The notes under the pieces were generated by a model. The model was given only the letters and a program-made list of their open reading frames with translations. It did not search any database and was not told the origin of the DNA. The position numbers and the translations under genes were made by a program. This document shows positions 1 to 11,098 of a DNA stretch of 64,000 nt, piece by piece. Within the stretch, counting starts at the first letter, position 1, and the number at the start of each line of letters is the position of its first letter. The DNA is from Alphaproteobacteria bacterium (GTDB lineage: Bacteria; Pseudomonadota; Alphaproteobacteria; SP197), in assembly GCA_965228895.1 (NCBI GenBank), contig OZ245842.1, forward strand, positions 3,584,001 to 3,648,000, written 5' to 3'.

Positions 1-300
1 GCTTTACCTCACCGCGCCTGAAACACCCGGATGCCGTCGGTGGCCGACACCTCGGCACGCGACGACACGACGTCACCAGTTTCCCGTGGCGTTTTCAGGC
101 GTCCCCAACTGCTTTCTTCCGGCGTATTTTAGTACACAAGCGGTCGGATTCATATTCCGATAACGCTTAACCCCACCTATAAAGCGTAATTATGTGAACT
201 GTGTTTATGATGCACAATCAAACGGGTCTGTAGCGACCGTCACAACTACATTAGAGGTTCTCTTGATTTGATGGTAACAGTGATCGAGCAGCACAAACGC

Positions 301-1059
301 ATGATGACGTCTGTTTCAACACGAAAACCGTCCCAATCGACCGAAAAGGGCTTCACCCTGATCGAAATGGCGATTGTTATTGCCATTATCGGCGTTTTGG
401 TCGCCATGCTGGCGCCGCTTCTGGGCAACATTGCCGAAAACAATCGCACCGAGCTGACCGTCCAGCGCATGGACCAAATCGAGAACGCGATGGTCGTTTT
501 CCTGCGGCAGAACGGGCGTTTGCCATGTCCGGCCGCCCCCAACGGCTCTCCCTTGGGCGACGAGCGGGCCACCTGCGACACCGGCAACAACAATGACGGC
601 ATCGTGCCGTTCCGTAGTCTCGGTCTGGCCGAAGCCGATGCGCGCGACGGCTACGGCAACTACTTCACCTATCACGTCGCCGAGGACTACGCTGACAGCA
701 GTCTGCCGACGGTGCTGACCGACCCCGGTGGCTTCTGTTTTGTCGCCTCCGGCGAACCGGACGGCGATCTGGATGTCGAAGACATCTCCGGCACCGACGT
801 GACCGGCCAGGACATCGCTATGGTTCTGATCAGCCACGGCAAGAACGGTTATGGCCGCTACAACCCGCCCGGCAACGGCAAGGTCGACGCCAATGGCGGC
901 GGCACGTTCGAGGACGAAAACAACGATTCCGACGCCGACTTCGTCGACGGCATCCGCCTCACCGACGACGCGACCGACGGCCCGCTCGATGACACGGTGA
1001 TCTGGAAAACCCGCGACGGCCTGGCCGGCCAGGCGATCGAGTTCGGTTGTTCGCCGTAA
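301..1059 (+). CDS. Prepilin-type N-terminal cleavage/methylation domain protein (type IV pilin / T2SS pseudopilin-like)
   Basis: Class III signal KG|FTLIEMAIVIAIIGVL followed by a hydrophobic helix; LPCPA, DGYGNYFTY and LISHGKNG segments; start codon uncertain (268/301/304). Confidence 0.85.
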   Translation: MMTSVSTRKPSQSTEKGFTLIEMAIVIAIIGVLVAMLAPLLGNIAENNRTELTVQRMDQIENAMVVFLRQNGRLPCPAAPNGSPLGDERATCDTGNNNDGIVPFRSLGLAEADARDGYGNYFTYHVAEDYADSSLPTVLTDPGGFCFVASGEPDGDLDVEDISGTDVTGQDIAMVLISHGKNGYGRYNPPGNGKVDANGGGTFEDENNDSDADFVDGIRLTDDATDGPLDDTVIWKTRDGLAGQAIEFGCSP

Positions 1060-1071
1060 CAGACGCCAGCG

Positions 1072-2484
1072 CTAGACCACGTTGCTTTCGTCGCTCCAGC
1101 TTTGCAGTTTGCGGTAGACGGTCGACGGGCTGATTTCCAGCAACGCCGCCGCGCGCGGCACATTGCCGTCGCTCAGACGCAAGGCGTCTTCGATGGTCTG
1201 CCGCTCGACTTCGTGCAGCGGCCGGATCGCGGCTCCGGTCAGGTCACCGGGTTCGCCATCCGCATTGCGCTGGCGCAGCGGGTCGTTGGCCGGCTGCGGC
1301 AGACCGGCCGAGCCATCCAGCGGCGGCGGCAGCATTTCGCGCGTCACCACTTCGCCGGTGTTCAAGACGACGACATTGCGGATGATGTTCTGCAGCTCCC
1401 TGACATTGCCCGGCCACGAATAGGCGCGGAACAGGTCGCGCACGCTGGCATCCAGCCGCACAAAGGGCTTGCTCTCCTGACGCGCAAACTCGCGCAGAAA
1501 ATTCTCGGCGATGTCGATCACGTCGTCGTCACGCCGGTTCAGCAGCGGCAGATGGATCGGAATGACATGCAGGCGGTAATAGAGGTCGGCGCGAAAGCGG
1601 CCACTCTCGACTTCCTTCAGCGGGTTGCGGTTGGTAGCGCAAACAAAACGCACATCGACGTGCTCGGACCGGCTGGAGCCGACCCGCTGGAAGCTGCCGG
1701 TCTGCACGAAACGCAACAGCTTGGCCTGAAGCGCCGGCGCCATGTCGCAGATTTCGTCCAGGAACAGCGTACCGCCGTCGCTCAAGGTCGCGGCGCCGTC
1801 ACGGCTGCTGACCGCGCCGGTGAACGCGCCTTTGACATGACCGAACAACTCGCTTTCCAAGAGATCGCGCGGGATCGCCGCGCAGTTGATCGCCATGAAC
1901 GGCCCCGACGCCCGCTCGCTCAAGTTGTGGATGGCCTCGGCACACAATTCCTTGCCCGTCCCGCTCTCGCCGGTGATGAAGATCGATGCCTGGCTGGGCG
2001 CGGCGCTTTGGATGGTCGCATAAACACTCTGCATTTCCATCGACGAACCGATGAAACCTGCGAACGCGCTGTGCCGCGTTTCTGTCGCCATCCCGTCGAC
2101 CAGACGCTGCAGTTCGCGCCGCTCCAGCGCATTGCGCAAGGTGACGATCAGGCGTTCCTGACTGAATGGCTTGACCAGGAAATCGTAAGCGCCGTCGCGC
2201 ATCGCTTCGACGGCGGCGCTGACCGACCCGTGGGCCGTGATGATCACGACAGGGCACGGCAACTGGCGCTGTTTGATCCAACGCAGGATCTCCAGCCCAT
2301 CGATATCGGGCAACCTGAGATCGAGAAGAACCGCGTCCGGGGCCTGTGCATCGATGGACGAAAAGGCCGCCTCGCCGGTTTCGACATGTTCGACAGTGAC
2401 AGGCTCAAAGCGCAAGTATTCCTTGTAGACACGCGCCAATGGCGGCGTGTCCTCGACCAAAAGCACTGTCGGCTGACGGTTCAT
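1072..2484 (-). CDS. Sigma-54-dependent response regulator (REC-AAA+-HTH), LuxO-like
   Basis: Receiver LLVEDT...LLDLRLPD; Walker A GESGTGKE; ESELFGHVKGAFTGA; Walker B LFLDE; WPGNVREL; C-terminal ISPSTVYRKLQSW resembles LuxO; RBS GAGGAGGGAG before ATG at 2484. Confidence 0.92.
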   Translation of the reverse strand: MNRQPTVLLVEDTPPLARVYKEYLRFEPVTVEHVETGEAAFSSIDAQAPDAVLLDLRLPDIDGLEILRWIKQRQLPCPVVIITAHGSVSAAVEAMRDGAYDFLVKPFSQERLIVTLRNALERRELQRLVDGMATETRHSAFAGFIGSSMEMQSVYATIQSAAPSQASIFITGESGTGKELCAEAIHNLSERASGPFMAINCAAIPRDLLESELFGHVKGAFTGAVSSRDGAATLSDGGTLFLDEICDMAPALQAKLLRFVQTGSFQRVGSSRSEHVDVRFVCATNRNPLKEVESGRFRADLYYRLHVIPIHLPLLNRRDDDVIDIAENFLREFARQESKPFVRLDASVRDLFRAYSWPGNVRELQNIIRNVVVLNTGEVVTREMLPPPLDGSAGLPQPANDPLRQRNADGEPGDLTGAAIRPLHEVERQTIEDALRLSDGNVPRAAALLEISPSTVYRKLQSWSDESNVV

Positions 2485-2562
2485 CTCCCTCCTCGCGAAC
2501 CGTGGTCTCGCCACGTCTTAAACTAGAGCAGATTGGACGGGTGTTCAATCTTTCGGAACCCG

Positions 2563-2589
2563 CGTAGGGAGCCAGTAAACTCTACGTAT
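2563..2589 (+). promoter_or_regulatory. Possible ECF-type autoregulatory promoter (CGTAGG-N16-CGTAT)
   Basis: ECF-like -10 CGTA with 16-nt spacer directly upstream of the ECF sigma gene. Confidence 0.3.
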
Positions 2590-2600
2590 CACCTACAATC

Positions 2601-3236
2601 ATGGATCTGGCGACGGGCATACATAGCGTGGCAACACCACCTGAGGACGTCGTCCAGCAGCAGTTTTCCTTGTCGTCTCAACGCTTTATCATGCTAGGCT
2701 TGGACGACGATGAACTCATGAAGCTGGCCGGCGAAGGTGACCGCGAAGCCTATGCCGGACTGGTCGAGCGCCACCTGGACCGCTGCGTAACAATTGCGCG
2801 GCGCAGCCTTGGTGGTGCCCAAAGCGAGGCCGAGGACGTCGCCCAGGATGCCATGATGCGTTTGTGGCGCCATGCGCCCCGTTGGGAATCAGGCCGCGCC
2901 CGGGTATCGACCTGGCTCTACCGTGTGGTCGTCAATCTTTGCATCGACCATGCGCGCAAGAACAAACGTTATGGTGGTGAAGTACCCGAAGAAACCGTCG
3001 ATGACGCGCCAAGCGCTTTCGACGGCCTGGCGGCCCAGGGTGTGTCCGATGCGGTGAAGGACGCCATTCAAGAGCTGCCCGAACGACAGAAAACAGCGCT
3101 CGTCCTATGCTTCTACGAAGGCATGAGCAACGCAGAAGCGGCGGGTGTGATGGATTTGACTGTAGGAGCGGTTGAGCAATTATTGGTCCGGGCCAGGCGT
3201 AGCCTGCGCGTCAGTTTGGCCGGCCTTCGCGAGTAA
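2601..3236 (+). CDS. ECF RNA polymerase sigma factor
   Basis: Region 2 EAEDVAQDAMMRLW and STWLYRVVVNLCID; region 4 LPERQKTALVLCFYEGMSNAEAAGVM; real start may be 2691 or 2718. Confidence 0.92.
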   Translation: MDLATGIHSVATPPEDVVQQQFSLSSQRFIMLGLDDDELMKLAGEGDREAYAGLVERHLDRCVTIARRSLGGAQSEAEDVAQDAMMRLWRHAPRWESGRARVSTWLYRVVVNLCIDHARKNKRYGGEVPEETVDDAPSAFDGLAAQGVSDAVKDAIQELPERQKTALVLCFYEGMSNAEAAGVMDLTVGAVEQLLVRARRSLRVSLAGLRE

Positions 3237-3247
3237 CGGAAACAACA

Positions 3248-3547
3248 ATGAACGAGACAAACAACATCCATGGTCTGCTGAGCGAGCGAGAGCTTGACCG
3301 GGCGCTGAATGCCTGGAGGGTGGAAGGCGCCAGCGATGGCCTCGCGGCACGCATCGCCGCCGACATCGACACGATGGAGCAAACCGAAAGCCCGCGTATC
3401 GTTAGCCCGCTGCTCAAGACCGCCGCAGCCCTGCTGATCGCCGCCGGCCTGGGTATCTATGTCGGATTGATGGAAGACAACACCTCAACCGTCGACCTGA
3501 CCGACTTTGTGTTCGGCCTGCATGTCGAAGAAGGCCTGACGTTATGA
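3248..3547 (+). CDS. Putative single-pass membrane anti-sigma factor
   Basis: 99 aa, directly after the ECF sigma, one TM helix (AAALLIAAGLGIYVGL). Confidence 0.7.
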   Translation: MNETNNIHGLLSERELDRALNAWRVEGASDGLAARIAADIDTMEQTESPRIVSPLLKTAAALLIAAGLGIYVGLMEDNTSTVDLTDFVFGLHVEEGLTL

Positions 3548-3984
3548 ACGGTCTGGGGCGATGGACAAAGGTCCTGGGCGTCATGCTTGTCGTGTCGCTA
3601 GCAATCAACTTCTTCCTGGTCGGCTGGATGGGCGCGCGCTGGGTCTATGACCAGCACATGGGCCCGAAGTTCTCGGTCACGCGACTGGTGCGCGACCTGC
3701 CCGATGAGCAGCGCGAGGCCGTTCTGGCGGTTTTCGAGAACAACCGCGACAGCATTCATGCAGCCATGGAAAACTTGCGCGATGCCCGTCACGAGTTGTC
3801 GGATGTCATGCTGGCGGAACCGTTCGACCCTGTCGCCGCAGAGCGCGCACTTGCGGCGCTCAGGCAGGAAAGCACCGTCATGCAGGAGACCATGCACGCC
3901 GCACTCCTGGCGGTCGCGGTCAACCTGCCGCCGGAATCCCGCGTCGATCTCGGCCGTTTCGCCTCCATGTCACGCATGCGCTGA
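3544..3984 (+). CDS. Periplasmic heavy-metal sensor (CnrX/ZraP/Spy-like helical protein)
   Basis: N-terminal anchor with SLAINFFLVG; helical His/Met-rich body; LPPESR end motif; ATGA overlap with the upstream gene. Confidence 0.8.
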   Translation: MNGLGRWTKVLGVMLVVSLAINFFLVGWMGARWVYDQHMGPKFSVTRLVRDLPDEQREAVLAVFENNRDSIHAAMENLRDARHELSDVMLAEPFDPVAAERALAALRQESTVMQETMHAALLAVAVNLPPESRVDLGRFASMSRMR

Positions 3985-4069
3985 GCGCATCCGGTTAGTA
4001 CGCGCGCCCGCGACTGGCCCTCGCGCCAGCGTTGAAACTCGCTAAAGGCGGACCGCAATAGCAGCTCCG

Positions 4070-4723
4070 TCAGTGATGAACGGCTTCGATGATGCCGAAC
4101 CGGCCCAATCCGGCGACGACCATTTCGACGGCGAGCGCAATAAGCAGAATGCCGAACACGACCTCGGAGATGACCAGGGTCGTCGGTCTGAGTCGCTTTG
4201 AGAGTTTGTCGATGTTGCGGAACACCAGGTAGTCGAAACCCGCGATCAGCACGATGACGGCAAGGACGACCAGTGCGGCCCAGATCGAGCCGACTTCGCC
4301 CGACGCGATGATCAAGACGGCGATGCCCACCGGATTAAGCAGGTAGGGAATGGCCAGCGGGTAAACCGCCATCTTATGGAGATCGACCGGCGCGTCTTCG
4401 GCTTCCACTTCCTTCTTTTTGCCGGGTCCCGCGAACATGCCGAGCGCCAGGATCAACAGAATGATCCCGCCGGCGATGCTGATGGCGCCGCCGGAAATGT
4501 GCAGAAGCCGCATGAGTAAAGCGCCGGATGCGAACAGCACGATCGCTGTAATGAAGGCCGTCTTGACCATCTTGACGCCGACTTCGCGCTGCTGCTGGGC
4601 GTCGAGATGCGCGGTTTTCTCCAGAAACGGAACCAGCGCGATTTTTGGTCCCATGCCGATAAGCATAAGAACCAACAGGTTCACGACCATAGAAACACTG
4701 ACGACAGAAAGATCCACGGGCAC
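4070..4723 (-). CDS. MarC family membrane protein
   Basis: Six hydrophobic segments; IAGGIILL, AVYPLAIPYLLNP and FGILLIALAVEM motifs. Confidence 0.88.
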   Translation of the reverse strand: MPVDLSVVSVSMVVNLLVLMLIGMGPKIALVPFLEKTAHLDAQQQREVGVKMVKTAFITAIVLFASGALLMRLLHISGGAISIAGGIILLILALGMFAGPGKKKEVEAEDAPVDLHKMAVYPLAIPYLLNPVGIAVLIIASGEVGSIWAALVVLAVIVLIAGFDYLVFRNIDKLSKRLRPTTLVISEVVFGILLIALAVEMVVAGLGRFGIIEAVHH

Positions 4724-4880
4724 CCCCTCCCCTTTGTCAGCACCCTAGCTGAGGTCGTTCGCGGATTCCACGCGGCACAACAGATCGCTTGCGCAACCAG
4801 CGGTTCAAGTCTGTGTTGATAACCCATGCACCAAGAAGGGGGTTGGGCTCGGCTGGCCGCCTGAACGGCGCAGCGCGTGT

Positions 4881-5774
4881 CTATTCGTCGCGCAGCAAGC
4901 GCAGATAGCTGTCATAGCGTGCCGCTGGAATTGCACCCGCCTGGGCGGCCTCGCGCACGGCGCAACCGGGTTCGTGATCGTGGCTGCAGTCGCGGAACCG
5001 GCATGCGCCGATCAGGTCGACGAACTCAGGGAAGTAGCCGGCCAGCTCCTGCGGGCTGATGCCGGTCATGGCGAGCGAGCGCACGCCCGGTGTATCGACA
5101 ACACCCGTGTCATCGTCCAGCCAGTGCAAGGTCGCGACCGAGGTCGTATGGCGGCCCTGACCGCGCTTGCCGCCGACCTCCGCCGTCTCGGCCGCTGCGT
5201 CGCCGACCAGGGCGTTGACCAGCGACGACTTGCCGACGCCGCTATGACCGGCAAACACCACGAGCTTGCCGTCGATCAGACGTCTGAGACCGTCCAATCC
5301 CTGATGCGTCTTGGCCGACACCTCGACGATCGGAAGACCGAGATCGCGATAAATCGAGAGATCCGGCAGATCATCGGCAAGGTCCGCCTTGTTGACAGCG
5401 ATCGCCGCGTCGATGCCGCCGTACTGGCAGAGCACGAGGTAGCGGTCGATCAGGCGCGGATGGAATGGCGGACGTTTGGCCGCGACGACAATGACAGCGA
5501 GATCGATGTTGGCGGCCAGCACGTGTTCCTCCGCGCCCGCATCGGAGCGGCGCGTGCGGTCATGGCGCAACCGCGCCAGCCGGTTGCGGCGCGGCGCGGC
5601 ATCGACGACGACCGGCCTGCCGCGTGGCCCATCCTCGTCGACGACGATGCGGTCGCCGATCACCGGGAAATACGGCGCGTCGGGTGATACGGCGCAGCGC
5701 CGGATATCGCCGGAGAGATCCTCCACGCTGACGAGTTCGCCATGCACCTCGACGACCATGGGCCAGTCGTTCAT
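4881..5774 (-). CDS. rsgA: Ribosome small subunit-dependent GTPase A
   Basis: Circularly permuted GTPase: NKAD, GHSGVGKSS, GRHTT, DTPG; Zn finger CRFRDCSHDHEPGC; start 5774 or GTG 5789. Confidence 0.93.
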   Translation of the reverse strand: MNDWPMVVEVHGELVSVEDLSGDIRRCAVSPDAPYFPVIGDRIVVDEDGPRGRPVVVDAAPRRNRLARLRHDRTRRSDAGAEEHVLAANIDLAVIVVAAKRPPFHPRLIDRYLVLCQYGGIDAAIAVNKADLADDLPDLSIYRDLGLPIVEVSAKTHQGLDGLRRLIDGKLVVFAGHSGVGKSSLVNALVGDAAAETAEVGGKRGQGRHTTSVATLHWLDDDTGVVDTPGVRSLAMTGISPQELAGYFPEFVDLIGACRFRDCSHDHEPGCAVREAAQAGAIPAARYDSYLRLLRDE

Positions 5775-5796
5775 TGGCGATGGACTCACGGCGCAG

Positions 5797-7020
5797 TCAT
5801 GTCCCCGGTGCGCGGCGCGCCAGGATGACCAGTGCGGCCGCCAGCATGCCCAGCCCGACGGCGCAGACGACGGCGGCCAACGGCACCGGGCTGCCGGTGC
5901 CCAGCGCGCCAACCGCCAGGCTGGCGCCCGCCCAACCGCCGAACTGCAGGAACCCGAGCAGCGCCGATGCCAGACCGGCATCGTCGGCGTAACGGTTGAT
6001 CGCTTCCGCCATGGCGTTGGGCATCGAAAGACCCATGCCGACAAAGTAAAAGGCCATAGGCGTCAGAATAGACAAGACTGACCAAAACCCCAGCGCCATC
6101 GTGACGATCAACACGACCCCGCTCAGCGCCGACAGCGCCGAACCGATCGCGATCATGGCTGTAACTGAATAGACGCGGCCGGTCAGACGCGTCGCGATGG
6201 CGCTGCCGACGGCGAAGCTGCCGACGTTCAGCATCGAGAACATGCCGAACACCTGCGGCGACACATCGAGCAGACGGATAAAGACAAACGGCGCGCCGGC
6301 AAGATAACCGCCCAGGCCCGCCATGCCGAAGCCAACGACGAGACCCGGTGCCAGGAACCGGCGGTCGCGCAACAGGGAAAAGTACCGCGCCACAATCGAG
6401 GTTACCTGTGCGCGCCGCCGTCGTTCTCTGGGCAACGTCTCGTCAAGCGACAGGTAAACCAGCACAAAACTCAACAGGCCGAGTGCGGTCAACACACCGA
6501 ACACCGTGCGCCAACCGAACCAAGTGGCAATGAAGCCCCCGGCTGTCGGACCGAAGGCCGGCGCCAGCGCCATGACCATGCCGATCGCCGCCAGCACGCG
6601 CGCCGACTCCGCGCCCTCATAGCGATCGCGCACAATGGCGCGGCTCAAAGTCGGGGCGACACAGGCGCCGAAGGCTTGGGCAATGCGCGCGGCGATCAGG
6701 ATCTCGACGGTCGGCGCGATCATACAGACCAGACTCGCAACGCTGAAAACGATCAGGCCCGCTTGCAGCACCGGCAACCGACCGTAACGGTCCGACAGCG
6801 GTCCGACGATCAACTGCACGACCGCGAACACCAGGATGAACAACGTAAAGGTAAGCTGGACCTGGGCATCGGGCGCCACATAGTGGTCGGCGATCGCCGG
6901 CAGCGAAGGCAGGTAGAGGCTGACAGCCAACTGACCGATACCGGTCAGATAGGCCATCAACAGGATCAGACCGGTGCCGCCACCAGCGGCGCCCGACCGA
7001 CCGTTACGCGCTTCGCTCAT
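5797..7020 (-). CDS. Bcr/CflA family MFS drug-resistance transporter
   Basis: SLYLPSLP, GPLSDRYGRLPV and APAFGP motifs; about 12 TM segments. Confidence 0.92.
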   Translation of the reverse strand: MSEARNGRSGAAGGGTGLILLMAYLTGIGQLAVSLYLPSLPAIADHYVAPDAQVQLTFTLFILVFAVVQLIVGPLSDRYGRLPVLQAGLIVFSVASLVCMIAPTVEILIAARIAQAFGACVAPTLSRAIVRDRYEGAESARVLAAIGMVMALAPAFGPTAGGFIATWFGWRTVFGVLTALGLLSFVLVYLSLDETLPRERRRRAQVTSIVARYFSLLRDRRFLAPGLVVGFGMAGLGGYLAGAPFVFIRLLDVSPQVFGMFSMLNVGSFAVGSAIATRLTGRVYSVTAMIAIGSALSALSGVVLIVTMALGFWSVLSILTPMAFYFVGMGLSMPNAMAEAINRYADDAGLASALLGFLQFGGWAGASLAVGALGTGSPVPLAAVVCAVGLGMLAAALVILARRAPGT

Positions 7021-7039
7021 GCGAACATCGCGCGTGGCC

Positions 7040-8725
<1,686 letters not shown>

Positions 8726-9039
8726 CTATTTGATTCTACTCGTTTATTTCTGTCGTCTTCTAACGCCGCAACATGTTTGGCGATCTTCATAGGACCTGTT
8801 CGGTCGGGTTCGCAGCCGGCTGAGTCGTTCTCCGGTGATAGTGCCGGTCATGAAACAGGCCCGGACGGTCTGGACCTAGCAAACATTCCAAGGAGATGAC
8901 AACGGAACTGTTGGCAGAATGCGAACGCTTGGACCGCACGAAATGCAGCCGGCGATGATTTTCCAGGGTCAATTAACGTCGGCCCGAGCGTGTGCGGCCA
9001 TGCCAACCGAGGGGTTCACGATCCCGCCTCAGACGACCG

Positions 9040-9681
9040 TCACGCGTCAAACCAGCGCGACCAAGCGTCCCACGCATCGACCAAATCGGCCATGATCGCG
9101 TAGCCGGATCCGTCGCAGTGCATCCGATCACCGCGCGTCAGACTATCCATATAGCGGCTGTCGGCCAGCAGCGGCGTTTGAATGTCGAGATAGGGTACAT
9201 CGAGCTTCGCGGCCAACGCCATGAAGCGCCGATTGAGCGCAACGGCGGTCTCCTGAGAAAAACTGATCTCCATCCCCACGCCGGGACGCATCGGCGAGCA
9301 CGCCACGTTGGCCGGCGGAAGGCCGACCCACAGGACCGGCCACATGCCGGCGGCCTCGCCAACCATCGCTTCCGCGTTCGCGACGGAGACGTCTTCGGCA
9401 ACACGGCGGCCCGATCCCGTGACTTCCGCCACGTCGTTGATGCCGAACTGCACGACGACCCGGTTGTCGGCGCCGTCGGGAAAACGCGCCAGACACTCGC
9501 CTTTCCAGCGGTCTCGAATCTCGCCGGTGGTTTGTCCACGAATGCCGAGATCATAGGAGGTCAGACGATACGACCGCGAAAACCGCAGCGCGCACAAACG
9601 CCCGATCCAGCCCAGACACCCCTCGTCGCCGGAGCCGTTGATGTAGCTGTCGCCGACAAAGCAGATACGCAGATCCCGCAT
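9040..9681 (-). CDS. SGNH/GDSL hydrolase family protein
   Basis: FVGDS nucleophile motif, FGIND, DRMH (DxxH). Confidence 0.88.
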   Translation of the reverse strand: MRDLRICFVGDSYINGSGDEGCLGWIGRLCALRFSRSYRLTSYDLGIRGQTTGEIRDRWKGECLARFPDGADNRVVVQFGINDVAEVTGSGRRVAEDVSVANAEAMVGEAAGMWPVLWVGLPPANVACSPMRPGVGMEISFSQETAVALNRRFMALAAKLDVPYLDIQTPLLADSRYMDSLTRGDRMHCDGSGYAIMADLVDAWDAWSRWFDA

Positions 9682-9851
9682 GACGTTCCTTCCCCGATCA
9701 ACCCGACAAAGCATAGGCCGGCGCCGCATGGCGAACCAACACGATCAGCTCAGCCGGTCGAAGGCGCCGCGCGACATAACGTAGAATGCCAAGCCGAATG
9801 TGGCGCGCTCGTGTAGGTTGGCACAGACGGGATGAACGCGCGGGGAGCTCG

Positions 9852-11096
9852 ATGACGATCAAAACCGATATTGCGGTCATCGGCGCCGGCGCGGCAGGCT
9901 TAGCCGCCGCCAAAGATTTGCGCGCCGCCGGCGTGGATCATGTGTTGCTCGAAGCCAAACCCGTCATCGGCGGGCGCACATACAGCGACGAGACGACGTT
10001 CGGCTTCCCTTATGACATCGGCGGCTTCTGGATCTCCAACGACGGCGACAATCTGTTCATGGAAGCTGCCGCGGACCTTGGGTTCGATACGAGCGACATG
10101 ACGTTTCCCTCGCCTGACATGCCCATGATTCTGGGCGATACCTGGGAAACATCGTCGCAGCAAAGCGACAGGCTTGCCTACAACGAAGCCGCCATGGCCG
10201 CCATCGACGCCTTCTCACCGACAGACCCCGACCGTTCGATCGCAGAGGTTGCCGGCACCGAGTCGCCATGGTTCCCCGTGCTTGCCTCCTGGATGGGCAT
10301 GCTGAACGGCCTGCCGATGGATATCGTTTCCGCGGCCGATCAGGCCAACCTCCTTCATGGCGACACCGTGCATCAGGTCCGCGAAGGCATGGGCAATCTG
10401 GTCCGCCGTTGGGCCGATCCCTCGGGGATCCTCGTCAACTCGCCGGTAAGGGCCATCGACTGGAGCGCGCAAGGCGTCGAGCTCGACACGGGCGCAGAGA
10501 CCTTCACCGCAAAAGCCGCGATCGTCACCGCATCGGTCGGCGTCCTCGCCTCGGACACCATCAGTTATGCGCGCGCCTTGCCCGCGCGATTCCGCGAAGC
10601 TCTCGACGTCTTACCCATGGGAACCGTGAACCGCATCGCCGTTCAGTTCGACGGCGATGTGTTTGGCGATGCCTGCCCGCCAGTGTTCGGCCGATACATC
10701 TCACCCGAAAGCTACATCTACATCATGACACGGCTGGTCGGGCAGAACGTGGCTCTGGGTTATGTCGGCAACGATCTGGCCATAGCGTTGGAACAACAGC
10801 CCGATGCTGTCGCCGTTGATCTCCTATGCGATGCACTTGCCCTTGCAATCGGCGACGACTTTCGAGACCGCATCATGGCGGTACATTGTACCCGTTGGGG
10901 TTCGGATCCCTGGTCGTTGGGCGCCTATGCCGCGGCCACGCCCGGCAGCGCTTGGGCAAGGCAGGCGCTTCAGGAACCCTGGGACGACCGCGTGTTCGTC
11001 GCAGGCGAGGCGACATCACTGACTCAGTTCTCCCTGGTCCACGGCGCGGCGAAGGAAGGCATACGCGCGGCCCGGGCGGCGACCGCCACGCTCTGA
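9852..11096 (+). CDS. Flavin monoamine oxidase family protein
   Basis: VIGAGAAGL FAD-binding motif, EAK..IGGR, WGSDPWSLGAY, VAGEAT...VHGA. Confidence 0.88.
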   Translation: MTIKTDIAVIGAGAAGLAAAKDLRAAGVDHVLLEAKPVIGGRTYSDETTFGFPYDIGGFWISNDGDNLFMEAAADLGFDTSDMTFPSPDMPMILGDTWETSSQQSDRLAYNEAAMAAIDAFSPTDPDRSIAEVAGTESPWFPVLASWMGMLNGLPMDIVSAADQANLLHGDTVHQVREGMGNLVRRWADPSGILVNSPVRAIDWSAQGVELDTGAETFTAKAAIVTASVGVLASDTISYARALPARFREALDVLPMGTVNRIAVQFDGDVFGDACPPVFGRYISPESYIYIMTRLVGQNVALGYVGNDLAIALEQQPDAVAVDLLCDALALAIGDDFRDRIMAVHCTRWGSDPWSLGAYAAATPGSAWARQALQEPWDDRVFVAGEATSLTQFSLVHGAAKEGIRAARAATATL

Positions 11097-11098
11097 CG

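Noticed and set aside
1102-2526. 474-aa plus-strand ORF, and similar long ORFs at 7724-8899, 17544-18872, 36100-37227, 47454-48791, 54041-55144 and 62421-63539
   Set aside because: Antisense shadows of well-supported genes, expected in high-GC DNA with strong codon bias; no family motifs
2485-2600. Qrr-like sRNA or sigma-54 promoter upstream of the LuxO-like gene
   Set aside because: No TGGCAC-N5-TTGC motif seen, and the 116-nt gap leaves little room beside the two promoters
8792-8862. GGACCTGTT...AACAGGCCC inverted pair upstream of ettA, resembling IS ends
   Set aside because: Only about 9 bp with a mismatch, no target duplication, no transposase and no second copy seen
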